Origin: Macrostomum lignano
Taxonomy: Eukaryota
Reading direction: 5' to 3'
Assembly (NCBI GenBank): GCA_002269645.1
Contig: NIVC01002440.1
Location: 1-64,000 of the forward strand
DNA length: 64,000 nucleotides
The notes below the pieces were generated by a model that was given only the letters and a program-made list of their open reading frames with translations, had not been told where the DNA came from and did not search any database. Numbering within the stretch: the stretch's first letter is position 1; the number at the start of each line of letters is the position of its first letter. Position numbers and translations under genes: made by a program. Positions 45,422 to 58,879 of the stretch are shown in pieces.

Positions 45422-48400
45422 CTACAGCCGCCATTTGGTTCCCAGGCGGTCCAGAAACCAGGCGGGAACTGGGCCGACCAGGTGTCTCAGCTTCGGTGTT
45501 AGTGACGCTACCTGCTCGGAGTCCGGTGAGTAGAGAGCAGCTGATAGCAGCTCCTGCTCATCCGCATCCTCATGCCGGGCCACATCCCGGATCCAGTCCA
45601 GCGCATCCGCGTCACCAACTCCACACAACTCCAGGCGAAGCGACTGCAGCAGAGCGTCGAAGTTCACATAGAAATATGTCTCGTAGTTGCTCATCCTGAT
45701 GGGAAAGCACTCTGAGATATCCGAAGACAATTCTCTTACTAATGCCGGTCGCTGGCTGAATTCAAAGCAAAATCTCCACAGTGAGTCTCGACTTTTCAGA
45801 TGTCGCCACACGAACTCAACGGTGCAGCGTCAGTTGCGGTCCTTTCAGTGGACCAGTCGATGCCGCGGCTCACTACATGGCCCCTGCAGTTGTCAATGAT
45901 TCTCTTCGCGGTGCTTCGGTAGCCGAATTTCAGACTGGCAACAATTCTGAGTGCTTCTCGAGCTGAGAAGGCGCAGTCTGGCAGTCTGGCAAGCAGTGCT
46001 GTGAGAGTCTCTTGGGACTCCTTGCCACAGTCTCCGTGAGAAAGTCGCTCGATGGCTTCTCTGACCACATCGTAGATCTCGTGAAATTCAAGGCTACCAG
46101 AACTCAACGCGGGTCTCTGGGACATGCAGAAATGTGGCAAGAGGAGAAACGGGTGAAAGTAGAACCTGCCGGAGTTGCTGGCCGGCTTCAGACTGCTTTG
46201 GAACTGAAGCAGCAGCTGGGGCAGGTAGTCGATCACAATTTTCAGGGTGACTGCGGCTTTTTCAAAAGCTGCGCTCACACCACTACCCTTCTGCTCCACT
46301 CCCTTTAGGTAAATGTCTGCATTGCACAGAAAGAAGTGGTTCATGACCCGGCCATGAGCATTATCGGGGGTATGACTGCTTTCCACACAGTCAAGTAGCA
46401 TGTGCAGCGATCTTCTCACGAGGCTCAAGAGGTTTTCTGGCTTCCACAGTTCCCTTGGTGTTTCCTCCACCATTCGGAATGTGATAGTTTTGGCATGATA
46501 AGACTTGAATCCGGCCACGTTGAAGCCGTATTTATTTGAAATAATCTTCTTAATCAAATACTTTAGTACGATAAATAGCTGGCCCTGTAGGGTGGAGAGA
46601 CTTCTGAGCATTCGCTTCTCTAGGAATGTGGTGCTCACACGAAGCTGTTCGCCGTCTTGACCTGGAGAAGCAGCATGGACCACGTGGCATGGCGAAGCCA
46701 GCAGCTCCTGCCTCAGTGACTCCAGTAGGTGCTGAGGGATGTTGGATTTGATGACTCTGTCAGGCTGAAGATGAGCGATGGGCGGGTAGCGGCAGAGACG
46801 GCTGGCATCGACCTGATCCACGGCTGGCTTGAGTGAAGATCCGTGAAAGGGGGTCGCTGGGCTGGAGGCTAAAATGTAAACGAAATTCTACTGCAGAAAT
46901 TTTTTACTCAGATACTGCTGGTTTCAACACAAATTGTTTGCTTATTTACCATATCCGGGTATTTTTACGTGGCCGTTAATGTAATCTACGTGCTCCTTCG
47001 CATCGCTACAATCAGCACTGCAGATGCCCCTCAGATGGTACAGCCTACCAGGAATTAGACTCATCACGTCAATATCGGACTCCGAGTCCGTCCGGCCATC
47101 CAGCGTCTTCAGATTGTTGCCCCAGCCTTCTGAGTAGCTTCCGACAACAAAGGACTTGTCCGACCGCCGATTCTGCAGTATTGCTTGCAAGACATCGGCG
47201 ACTGCACTCTGTAGGGCGGCTCTGGAATCAACAAATCCTGACTTACACAGAGCAGAAGAGAGCCGCTGGCTCAGTCGGTATTCAACGAGAGCCGACCTGA
47301 AAAATGAAGAGGATTATCAGTGAGCAAAGTTTGCTAGGAGATGGAAATTAACAAGTTTTAATCGTGTTTGTAATTCCTATTTAACTTTTATAGCGAATTT
47401 ATGTACGCTCGCAATAAACTCACCCCGAAAGTAACTCGTCAAAGAAATTAGCGGAGCCTGTTTTTGAGACGACACTACCTGTATTGGGAACTATCCTGCC
47501 TCCCATTGACTTGATCAGTAGAGACATCACAGCACGATGGCCACCATGAAATGCAGCTGTTAGAGCCGACTGACCTGATTCAGATAAAAGACCGACTTCT
47601 GCTCTTGCCTCGAGCAGGGCTTCCACGATTTCAGAGAAACCGTTCTGTGATGCGATATGAAGTGGCGTCACTCCGTCATGCTTTTGCTGGTTCACGTCCG
47701 CGTTTGCCTTTATCAGCGAAAGTGCAACTTTTGAATGCCCTTGCTGCGATGCGATGTATAGGGGTGAACAGCCTTGAAAATCTTGAGCATTTAGATCAGC
47801 TTCTGCTTTGATGAGGTTTTCCACTATTTGATGATGACCCTGCTGTGAGGAAATGAAGAGGGCTGAGCGTCCTTCGATGTCTTGAAGATTAACGTCGGCC
47901 CCGGCTTCTATGAGCAGTTTTACTACTTGCTCGTGGCCGTTCTGCGAAGCCACGAAAAGAGGTGAGCAGCCATTCCTACTGGGCAAGTTGGCGTCGGCTT
48001 GAGCCTTAATTAACAGCCCAACGACCTGCCGATGACCGCTTTCCGATGCAGCGTACAGGGGAGAGCAGCCATTGAGGAGTTGTTGATTAGCACTTGCATT
48101 AGCCTTAATAAGTAAGCGCACTACTCGATGATGGCCATTTTGAGAAGCGGTGAAGATAGGTGAAGACCCAGTGTCACTGACGGCATCGACATTAGCGAGC
48201 GCTTTGATTAGCAAGTCCACCGCTTGCCAATTTCCATTCTGAGAAGCAATGTACAGTGGCGACATGCAGTTTTTCCTTTGAAGATTAATATCAGCCTGCG
48301 CCATGATCAGCAATTCAACCATTGCGGTATGTCCGTTTTCGGAGGCAGTGTAGAGTGGCGATGCACCATTGTCTCTCTGGAGATTAACATCAGCCCGAGC

Positions 48401-50029
48401 TTTGATTAGCGAGCGCGCTACTTCTATAAAACCATTTTGACAGGCAACAAAGAGCGAAGTTGCACCGTCCCTTTGCACGGAATCGACTTCTGACTTGGCT
48501 TCGATAAGAGCGCTTACTACACTGTGGTGTCCCCGCAATGCTGCCGCAAATAGAGGTGAAGATCCGTCGCTTTCACGAAGGTTGACATCCGCTTGGCCTT
48601 TGATGAGCAGCTCTACCGCTAGGCGTTGACCGGAATATGCTGCAATGTGAAGGGCAGAGCGACCGTTCTTCTCTTGAAGATCGACTTTGGCATCGGCCTC
48701 AATCAGTTGTTTAGCTATCCTGTAGTAGCCATTCTGCACGGCGATATAAAGCGGTGATATCCCCTCGTCTGTTAGCAGGTTGACGTCGGCATTCTGATTT
48801 ATGAGGGATTCAGCCACTCCCCAATGACCATTCTGCGATGCTATGAAGAGAGGCGATCCTCCACCGATTCCCTACAAATTGACGTCAGCCTGCGCCTTAA
48901 TGAGCAGATTGACAACTCGGTGATGCCCCTGCTGTGAGGCAATGAAGAGAGGCGAGCACCCTTCAATTTCTTGCAGGTTTACATCGGCCTGGGCCTCAAT
49001 AAGAAAATTTGCCACCCGTTCGTGACCATTTTCTGCTGCAATGTAGAGAGGCGTCCGACCCCTCAATTCTTGAAGATCGATGCTTGCTTGAGACTTAATG
49101 AGTAAGTCTACAATTTGGTGATGGCCATTTTCGGAGGCAACGTACAGCGGCGCGCGCCCATAGACTTCTTGAATGTCGACATTAGCGCGCCCTTTCAAGA
49201 GCGCCTCAACTATCCGATAGCCGCCTTTCTGAGCTGCGAATGCCAGAGGTGAAATTCCACCAACGGCCTGGAGATTCGGATCCGCCTGTGCGGTCAGTAG
49301 GCAGTTCGCTACTTCCATGCTGTTGCTCTGCGATGCCAAGTAGAGAGGTGTGCAGCCATGTGCTTCCTGAATGTCAAGATCCACGAGTGCTTTGACAAGA
49401 AGTTGCATCGCATCTTTAGCGCCAATTTGCGATGCGATGTGCAAAGATGAGACATCATCTTTCCTGCCCAAGTTGGGATCCGCACTCGCTTTAAGCAGGG
49501 ACTTCACCACTCTCTGGTGCCCGCGATGCAATGCGATAAAAACAGGTGAATAGCCTGCATTGTCTCGTAAGTTGGGGTCCGCATGCGCTTTGATCAGGGA
49601 TTCCACTACCTGGAAATGGCCCTCCTGTGAGGCGACGTGGAGGGCCGAGCGCCCGCTTGCTTCCCGAAGGTTCACATCCGCCTGAGCCTTGATGAGCAAG
49701 TCCACCACTTCCACCTGCCCATTACCAGACGCGACGAAGAGGGCCGACATCCCGTTGCTGAGTTGAAGGTCAACATCGGCTTCTGCTTTTATTAGCTTAT
49801 CGAGAATCTCACTCTGTCCGAATGCACACGCGAGATGCACAGGAGCCAGCCAGCTGCCTTTGAATGGCGCGAGCCTGTTGACGTCGACATGCCTGACCAG
49901 GCAACTATCCACGGTTTCTATGTCGCCATTTAATATGGCTGCGCTGAGCTGAGCTGAGCAGTCATTGTCTCTCTGTTCCGCATACTTGCCAGCAGTCTGC
50001 ATGAACAACAGCAGAATTTTCCGGAGCAT
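45422..50029 (-). CDS. Ankyrin-repeat (~25) + Mab-21/cGAS-like nucleotidyltransferase (cGLR-like); exons 50029-47424, 47296-46950, 46868-45422; premature TAG 48874-48872 and 1-nt frameshift ~45815-45830; ~1466 aa if repaired
   Basis: Tandem 33-aa xPLxxAxxxGHxxxxxxLIxAxADVNL units. Splices GG|GTGAGT...TTTCAG|G and G|GTAAAT...TTTTAG|C are in phase. NTase motif VVGSYSEG...DSESDIDVM; Mab-21 motifs LRVSTTFLEKRML, LFIVLKYLIK, FKSYHAKTITF, WKPENLL, NHFFL. Confidence 0.9.
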
Positions 50030-50286
50030 TTTCAACTCAGACAGCACAAGCTGTGCAAACTGTAGGGGCAGCTTTCGATCTCATTTGGAGAGGCTTGAGC
50101 GTGACGGAGAGAAAATTAATTACGAGTGAGAGCGTTTTAAATGCGCCAACAGAATTTGATTGGGTAGAAGAGCTCAGCCAATGGCAGGCATGTAGCCGAG
50201 CTCGAGCCGAAATACGAGCGCGCGAGTTTTTCAGTCAAAGCTGCATGCTAAAAAGTTTATTTTATCTGTACTTTATCCAGAACAGA

Positions 50287-53235
50287 TTCCACACACTTAT
50301 GGCCACTATTCCACACACTTATGGCCACTATTCCACACACTTATGGCCACTATTCCACACATTTATGGCCAATATTCCACACATTTATGGCCACTATTCC
50401 ACACATTTATGGCCAATATTCCACACATTTATGGCCAATATTCCACACATTTATGGCCACTATTCCACACATTTATGGCCACTATTCCACACATTTATGG
50501 CCACTATTCCACACATTCATGGCCACTATTCCACACATTCATGGCCACTATTCCACACATTTATGGCCAATATTCCACACATTTATGGCCACTATTCCAC
50601 ACATTTATGGCCAATATTCCACACATTTATGGCCAATATTCCACACATTTATGGCCAATATTCCACACATTTATGGCCAATATTCCACACATTTATGGCC
50701 ACTATTCCACACATTTATGGCCACTATTCCACACATTCATGGCCAATATTCCACACATTCATGGCCACTATTCCACACATTTATGGCCACTATTCCACAC
50801 ACTTATGGCCACTATTCCACACATTTATGGCCACTATTCCACACATTCATGGCCAATATTCCACACATTCATGGCCACTATTCCACACATTCATGGCCAC
50901 TATTCCACACATTCATGGCCACTATTCCACACATTCATGGCCACTATTCCACACATTTATGGCCGATATTTCACACATTTATGGCCAATATTCCACACAT
51001 TTATGGCCAATATTCCACACATTTATGGCCGATATTCCACACATTAATGGCCAATATTCACACATTTATGGCCAATATTCCACACATTTATGGCCAATAT
51101 TCCACACATTTATGGCCAATATTCCACACATTTATGGCCGATATTCCACACATTTATGGCCACTATTCCACACATTTATGGCCAATATTCCACACATTTA
51201 TGGCCACTATTCCACACATTTATGGCCAATATTCCACACATTTATGGCCACTATTCCACACATTTATGGCCAATATTCCACACATTTATGGCCAATATTC
51301 CACACATTTATGGCCACTATTCCACACATTTATGGCCAATATTCCACACATTTATGGCCACTATTCCACACATTTATGGCCAATATTCCACACATTTATG
51401 GCCAATATTCCACACATTTATGGCCGATATTCCACACATTTATGGCCACTATTCCACACATTTATGGCCAATATTCCACACATTTATGGCCACTATTCCA
51501 CACATTTATGGCCAATATTCCACACATTTATGGCCACTATTCCACACATTTATGGCCAATATTCCACACATTTATGGCCACTATTCCACACATTTATGGC
51601 CAATATTCCACACATTTATGGCCAATATTCCACACATTTATGGCCAATATTCCACACATTTATGGCCAATATTCCACACATTTATGGCCACTATTCCACA
51701 CATTTATGGCCAATATTCCACACATTTATGGCCACTATTCCACACATTTATGGCCAATATTCCACACATTTATGGCCACTATTCCACACATTTATGGCCA
51801 ATATTCCACACATTTATGGCCAATATTCCACACATTTATGGCCACTATTTCACACATTTATGGCCAATATTCCACACATTTATGGCCACTATTCCACACA
51901 TTTATGGCCAATATTCCACACATTTATGGCCAATATTCCACACATTTATGGCCGATATTCCACACATTTATGGCCACTATTCCACACATTTATGGCCAAT
52001 ATTCCACACATTTATGGCCACTATTCCACACATTTATGGCCAATATTCCACACATTTATGGCCACTATTCCACACATTTATGGCCAATATTCCACACATT
52101 TATGGCCACTATTCCACACATTTATGGCCAATATTCCACACATTTATGGCCAATATTCCACACATTTATGGCCAATATTCCACACATTTATGGCCAATAT
52201 TCCACACATTTATGGCCACTATTCCACACATTTATGGCCACTATTCCACACATTCATGGCCAATATTCCACACATTCATGGCCACTATTCCACACATTTA
52301 TGGCCACTATTCCACACACTTATGGCCACTATTCCACACATTTATGGCCACTATTCCACACATTCATGGCCAATATTCCACACATTCATGGCCACTATTC
52401 CACACATTCATGGCCACTATTCCACACATTCATGGCCACTATTCCACACATTCATGGCCACTATTCCACACATTTATGGCCGATATTTCACACATTTATG
52501 GCCAATATTCCACACATTTATGGCCAATATTCCACACATTTATGGCCGATATTCCACACATTAATGGCCAATATTCACACATTTATGGCCAATATTCCAC
52601 ACATTTATGGCCAATATTCCACACATTTATGGCCAATATTCCACACATTTATGGCCGATATTCCACACATTTATGGCCACTATTCCACACATTTATGGCC
52701 AATATTCCACACATTTATGGCCACTATTCCACACATTTATGGCCAATATTCCACACATTTATGGCCACTATTCCACACATTTATGGCCAATATTCCACAC
52801 ATTTATGGCCAATATTCCACACATTTATGGCCACTATTCCACACATTTATGGCCAATATTCCACACATTTATGGCCACTATTCCACACATTTATGGCCAA
52901 TATTCCACACATTTATGGCCAATATTCCACACATTTATGGCCGATATTCCACACATTTATGGCCACTATTCCACACATTTATGGCCAATATTCCACACAT
53001 TTATGGCCACTATTCCACACATTTATGGCCAATATTCCACACATTTATGGCCACTATTCCACACATTTATGGCCAATATTCCACACATTTATGGCCACTA
53101 TTCCACACATTTATGGCCAATATTCCACACATTTATGGCCAATATTCCACACATTTATGGCCAATATTCCACACATTTATGGCCAATATTCCACACATTT
53201 ATGGCCAATATTTCACACATTCGCGGCCATTATTC
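50287..53235. repeat. 22-bp satellite (atttatggcca[c/a]tattccacac), ~134 copies
   Basis: Direct reading; the plus strand lacks stops in all frames, producing the long artefactual ORFs. Confidence 0.98.
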
Positions 53236-53924
53236 CAAACTTTTTTCACGAGTGGATGGATAATAAACGTGTGGGAAAGAAGTCATGGGGTGATATTTGG
53301 GGTACGAGCTGAATTGGGGAGCAAGTGTGGAACAATGGCCAAAATGATTGCTATTGTGTTTGGGCGACAGTATATTATACGATGGTCAGGATAATGGAGC
53401 AGTTATAGCGAAAAGTACACGCAGGTACAAACTACGCTGTTTTGCTACGAACTACAATGAGTATAGAAATACTAGCGTTTACTGAAAATGAGTTCAATTG
53501 TTTTTAGTCTGATGGTTGAAGGTCGAATCGAGTTGAAATCTGAATTCAATTGAGTAGCTGCGTTGGTAGGATTCGAAAGTGCATTGATGTACTTTCGTGT
53601 AGACAAGACAGCTTAAATATAATAGAATATTGCGTAAGGCGTCGAAGGCGCATCAGTTTCATAATAGAACAAATAATTATTTTCTAAGCGAGTCAAAAAT
53701 TAGCATAGATAGACAACAGTTTTCTCAGGACCTGAGCTTTTCCCAGATCCGCCCGGCGCGACCAGATTCAGAGATTAGCAAAGAAGACGAGTCTTGCCTG
53801 ATGTGTTTCAAGAAAATAATGGAGAATCGTAAACGGGAAGAAAAGTGGGAAGCAGAATGAAAATATAACGTGCATACTACTGATAAGTAGAATACTGAGA
53901 AGAAAATCGAAGTGAACGAAGTGA

Positions 53925-54235
53925 TTTTTTATTAGAGCCGGGGGCTGTGTGCACCCTGGCGCACTTCAAGCGACATTGTCACACAACCGGCGAGAGGCAT
54001 TACTGCCCATTCCGCCGACTCCCCTGAGCAGGCACAAAAAGCGCGCGGATACACAGAAGTGTACAGGGGCCCTTACTTTATTTATCGTTAGACATGTTCA
54101 CTTCACTGTGCTTTGGCTCCTCGATTGCGTTAATTGTACGAGCAGACCCAAGCGGAGATTTTGATTTAGCCCCAGATTAATGTGACAGAATTTAGAATCG
54201 AGCCTGGGCCGCTGGCACATCAGAGTGCACACCAG
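53925..54235 (-). mobile_element. SINE copy, tRNA head disrupted by a tandem array
   Basis: Collinear with 42278-42610 (gtgtgcaccctggcgcactt...gaatcgagcctgggccgctggcaca). Confidence 0.85.
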
Positions 54236-55112
54236 GCAACACTAGAGCGCACATAAGGCACATCAGGCACATCAGAGCATGCATCAGGCACATCAGAGCA
54301 TACATTAGGCACATCAGGCACATCAGAGCGCACATCAGGCACATCAGAGCGCACATCAGGCACATCAGAGCGCACATCAGGCACATCAGAGCGCACATCA
54401 GGCACATCAGAGCATGCATCAGGCACATCAGAGCGCACATCAGGCACATCAGAGCGCACATCAGGCACATCAAGCACATCAGGCACATCAGGCACATCAG
54501 AGCATGCATCAGGCACATCAGAGCATACATTAGGCACATCAGGCACATCAGAGCGCACATCAGGCACATCAAGCACATCAGGCACATCAGGCACATCAGA
54601 GCATACATTAGGCACATCAGGCACATCAGGCACATCAGAGCATGCATCAGGCACATCAGAGCATACATTAGGCACATCAGGCACATCAGGCACATCAGAG
54701 CATGCATCAGGCACATCAGAGCGCACATCAGGCACATCAAGCACATCAGGCACATCAGGCACATCAGAGCATGCATCAGGCACATCAGGCACATCAGGCA
54801 CATCAGACCATACATTATGCACATTAGGCACATCAGGCACATCAGACCATACATTGTGCACATTAGGAACATCAGGCACATCAGAGCATGCATCAGGCAC
54901 ATCAGGCACATCAGAGCATGCATCAGGCACATCAGGCACATCAGACCATACATTATGCACATTAGGCACATCAGGCACATCAGACCATACATTGTGCACA
55001 TTAGGAACATCAGGCACATCAGAGCATGCATCAGGCACATCAGAGCATACATTAGGCACATCAGGCACATCAGAGCATGCATCAGGCACATCAGGCACAT
55101 CAGGCACATCAG
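54215..55112. repeat. Complex 9-12-bp satellite (gcacatcag / gcacatcagagc)
   Basis: Direct reading; accounts for the MCLMCL and DVPDVP ORFs. Confidence 0.96.
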
Positions 55113-56405
55113 TCACGTATAAATAAATTTAAGGCAGAGTTTTTTAGAATATGAGTGTCCAGTTTTCACTACTTTGAATTCAAGAAGCCGACAGAAGTGA
55201 CTGGGCTACAAAACTAGGCATATCACATTAAGATTTAACAGGATAGTTCGCTGACGATATGAAGGCAAATAGGCATAATTACGCATGTTTATATCTATCT
55301 ATATGAGGAAATCGAGAAAAGTGAGCAGATTTAAAGCATAGCAAATAGAATGAATGGTTTGCAAAGAGGAACACGTACCAGCTTGGCAAAAATATCAACA
55401 ACATCTGAGCGAGTTTAATAGGCTGTCAATCAGGATTAGGACAATTCAGGGCTCCATTTTTGTCAACATCATTTTTTTGTCCAAACTCAGAATTAAAAAC
55501 CTGGCATGCGTGACTTTTAGATCGCGCTGTGCGTAAAAACAGTTGGGAACTCAAAACGATTGCAGAATAAGAAAAAAATAACAAAACGGCAGAATGCGAG
55601 GCGCTAAAATATAGACTGGCGTTAATTATAAAAATTCTGGATTGGGTAATCTGGTAAATAAATCAATCAGTGTGACCAGAACAAAAAAACTACTAAAACA
55701 GCTGGCTTTGAAAAGAAGCTTTTTGATCTACTGCAACAGCTCCCTCCACTGCTTCAGTTTTGTGCATGTCGGATTCAACAGCCACAGACCCGCCTGGAGT
55801 CTCTCGTGTGTTTAACGGCCTCCGGATACTTTGACTTGGGAAAGCTTTTTCAGAACCGATCGATTGAAATTTATAGCCCCGTGATCGGAAGCTCAGCATC
55901 CTTGATGATGAATATTGTTCCCAACTAGAGAAAAGTCGCTCTATTGTAGGGAAGCAGACAAGCAGAACGGAGCCTTTGTTTGCCGCAATAACTGTTGCAG
56001 GCCTTTGTTTCACTTTGCTCAGTCTTAAAAATCGATATTGGGAGCAGAAAAATTTTCTTCAAAGTTTCTTCAATCAGCAAACAATGAAAACTGCAGATAG
56101 ATGAAAAGAAAATCAAGAAACAGAAAATGAAAGTAAGACTGCAAGGTTAGACGGCTAGGCAGTTGTATAAGAGTTACATGCAAGGGAGGCGTTCTTAGAC
56201 TGCTTCTTATTAACTTAGCAACAGTATCATCAGTACCGCATCAAAACTTGCTACATCACGTTTTCTCTGCACTTCTGTCAGATTTACCAAGAGGTCTACC
56301 AAGTTGTTACGATTATTTGTTATTTGCCTAACAACTAGATTCACTCATTGATTGACATTTAAGATGCTATGGACGCCTGTTGACAATTATATTTTAGCGA
56401 TAGAG

Positions 56406-56583
56406 GTTCTGGCCATTCTGACAAAGTTCTGGCCATTCTGACAAAGTTCTGGCCATTCTGACAAAGTTCTGGCCATTCTGGCAAAGTTCTGGCCATTCTG
56501 GCAAAGTTCTGGCCATTCTGGCAAAGTTCTGGCCATTTTGGCAAAGTTCTGGCCATTCTGGCAAAGTTCTGGCCATTTTGGCT
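56406..56583. repeat. 20-bp minisatellite (gttctggccattctg[a/g]caaa)
   Basis: ~9 copies immediately downstream of the stop codon at 56602. Confidence 0.95.
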
Positions 56584-56601
56584 GCGCCCAGAGCGCGCAG
56601 T

Positions 56602-57872
56602 CTAAGAGTTGCACAAGTGGCGAAGGCCGTTAAACTCGGACAGGCCGAGGGTGCCGTTGACGAATCCCCAGCACTGCAGCCAGCCGTTGTAGGGCCGAGG
56701 GCCGGCGCTGAAGCAGTTGCCGATGCGCAGGCAGTCGAAGGTCGAGTTGGCCGCCGGGCTGCCGCCGACTTTGTTCGGTGATTCCGTATCGTAGAAACTT
56801 CCGTTCAAGTACCACTCGTCCAGGTACTCATTGTCCCCACCAATAAAGGCCAGTCCAACAGAGTAGCTTTGCTGAGTGCCGTTGTTCGGCAGAGCTGCTT
56901 CTGCGCCCACAGACGCGAATTCTTCGGAGCCGTCTGAAAAGTAGGTCTTGGAGCAAATCCTGGCAGCGATGTCAGTGCTGAAGTGGCTGACGGTGGTGTT
57001 GTACGAGCAGCTGCTAAACGAACTGATGCATCGAAGCCTGCAGTTTATGCAACCGCTGTGTGGTTAATAATGAGTAATAACGCTTTAAAATCTCAAATAT
57101 ATTAATATTAAGTCTGTAGAAAACTCACGAGGCGTTGCCAGCGAAGCTTTTCCCGGATTTAAAATTTTTGAAAAAGTTGGTCGAATGAATCTCGAGATAG
57201 GAACCGGTGGAGCCGTTGAGGCGAACTCCTTTGAGTGCATCCTGATCGGCAACACCGAAAGGGGAGGCATCTAAATGGCCCGGGTTCGCCAGGTTCATGA
57301 AACCCTTTCGAAAATTGTACCAAAGCAGTACGCTTGAGGCGAAGCTCAGGTTCGACACTCCGGATGAAATGGCAGCCGTGGTGACACTCTGCATCATTGT
57401 GGTCGATGCTACAGTGACCGGAGATTGAGTCCCAGTTGCGCTGATTGGGCTGGTCGTGGAACCAGTTGATCCGATCGTTGAGACAGTTGCAGACGTTGAT
57501 GCGTCTGAAATGATGATAGTTCACACTTGTTTACCCTGTGCGAGACAAATCTGACCGCATCAACTGCCATGCTAAAAGCTTACTGGAAACGATGGCCAGT
57601 TTCCTTCGCACCAGGCCGCAGCTGCCAGTCACAAAAGTCACGTTGGGCAGGCCGTAGCAGGCGCCACTGTCTGTCAGGTACACAGACAGTCGGCACCAGC
57701 TATTCAGAGTGCAGTGCAGCATGCACTCGGACTCGACTGCAGCGGTCGCGGGCTCCAGGCCAGACAGAGCACTCGGACAGGTGTTGGTCAGAAGCTCATA
57801 CACGGCAGAGCATTGCTCGCATGCTACAGTTGGGTAGCACAAAAGCAATAGCGATATTACAACAACTAACAT
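56602..57872 (-). CDS. Secreted PAN/apple-like + Ser/Thr linker + LamG/concanavalin-A-like protein; exons 57872-57584, 57504-57129, 57037-56602 (366 aa)
   Basis: Signal peptide MLVVVISLLLLCYPTVAC; ECMLHCTLNSWC (PAN); donors A|GTAAGC and TC|GTGAGT in phase with CAG acceptors; LLWYNF...VRLNGSTGSYLEI...WYLNG...LRIG...YNGWLQC resembles a LamG/pentraxin-type fold (domain call by eye). Confidence 0.8.
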
Positions 57873-58606
57873 TGCAAAATATGCTGCTGTTTTATCAGAA
57901 CTTGCTGGGCGGCGCTCCCCTGCGTTATGCGAATATATATTGTGTCTTTTTGAAGCGCTGCAATCACCAATTACACGCCAGCTCTTTTAGCCAGCATTTG
58001 TTTCATTGGACACTGTAGACATAGCCAGTTTTAAGGCTTGACATTAACATGCAGCTGTAACTGAGGTGATGGACCACACAGCGCCCTTCTACAGTCTCTG
58101 GATAAATAATGACAGAGTAACTGAAGTACATTCCGGACAACAAGCCGACATCGATGGCAAATATGTGCTGTTAAATTTCACTAGTAGGAAGCACCTGAGA
58201 CGGAGAGAAAAGCAAAATTTGCAATGTCCGAGCGTAAGTAAAAATAAAACGCACAGAACCTGTTTGTCATTGATGTCTGACAACGTCGATACCTTGACAC
58301 GCCAGCTGCGTCGAGGTTTTCTCATGTTTTACATGATGCCTCTTTTATGTCTGACATGACACTTCTTTATTCTTTAGTTTTTCGTGGAGTTTACAGTTCT
58401 TGACATTAAAAATAATTTTAATAAAAATGTATACACTTTAAAAATTTGAAACCAGGTCGCTACATCAGCAGTTCCGGCCGTGTGCTCAGATCTAGTCCAG
58501 CTCTCTCCGAACAGATGACCTGAATTGAAGCACTTATAATTGAAGACTCACACATCAAGTCGGTTACAGTAAGTCAGTCACAAGAAGCAGTTATGAACGG
58601 GTGTAA

Positions 58607-58822
58607 AAACTTTGCCAGCCGAGAAAATTTGCAGCAAGTTGCTAAAGCGTTTTTAAAATACAGGTCTGTTATGCAGCCTAGTACTGCAATAATAAGTGCA
58701 ATAAATAAATTTATCCGATATAGTTTAGCTTTTATTGTTGATTTATAATTGTAACGTTAGACAGCTACTGAACTTTCTTAGCTGCTTCCTTGCTGCAAGT
58801 TTTCTCGGCTGGCAACTTTCCA
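58607..58822. mobile_element. Small MITE-like inverted-repeat element
   Basis: ttgccagccgagaaaatttgcagcaag (~58615) is inverted at ~58789-58817; no TSD established. Confidence 0.45.
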
Positions 58823-58879
58823 GCTGGCAAAGTTCTGAGCCTTTGAACTTCTGAGCCAAAGTTCAAAGTTCCAGCTGGC

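Noticed and set aside
50053-53394. 1113-aa, 747-aa and 740-aa ORFs (HTFMANIPHIYGQYSTHLWP repeats)
   Set aside because: Translation of a stop-free 22-bp satellite; the unit is not a multiple of 3 and all frames give the same peptide.
54192-55126. MCLMCL / DVPDVP / HIRHIR ORFs
   Set aside because: Satellite translation artefacts.
32169-56583. TATGG/TGGCCA cores shared by the 16-, 22- and 20-bp satellites and the YR site
   Set aside because: Only 5-7 bp shared and the GTC part of the site is missing; compatible with chance.
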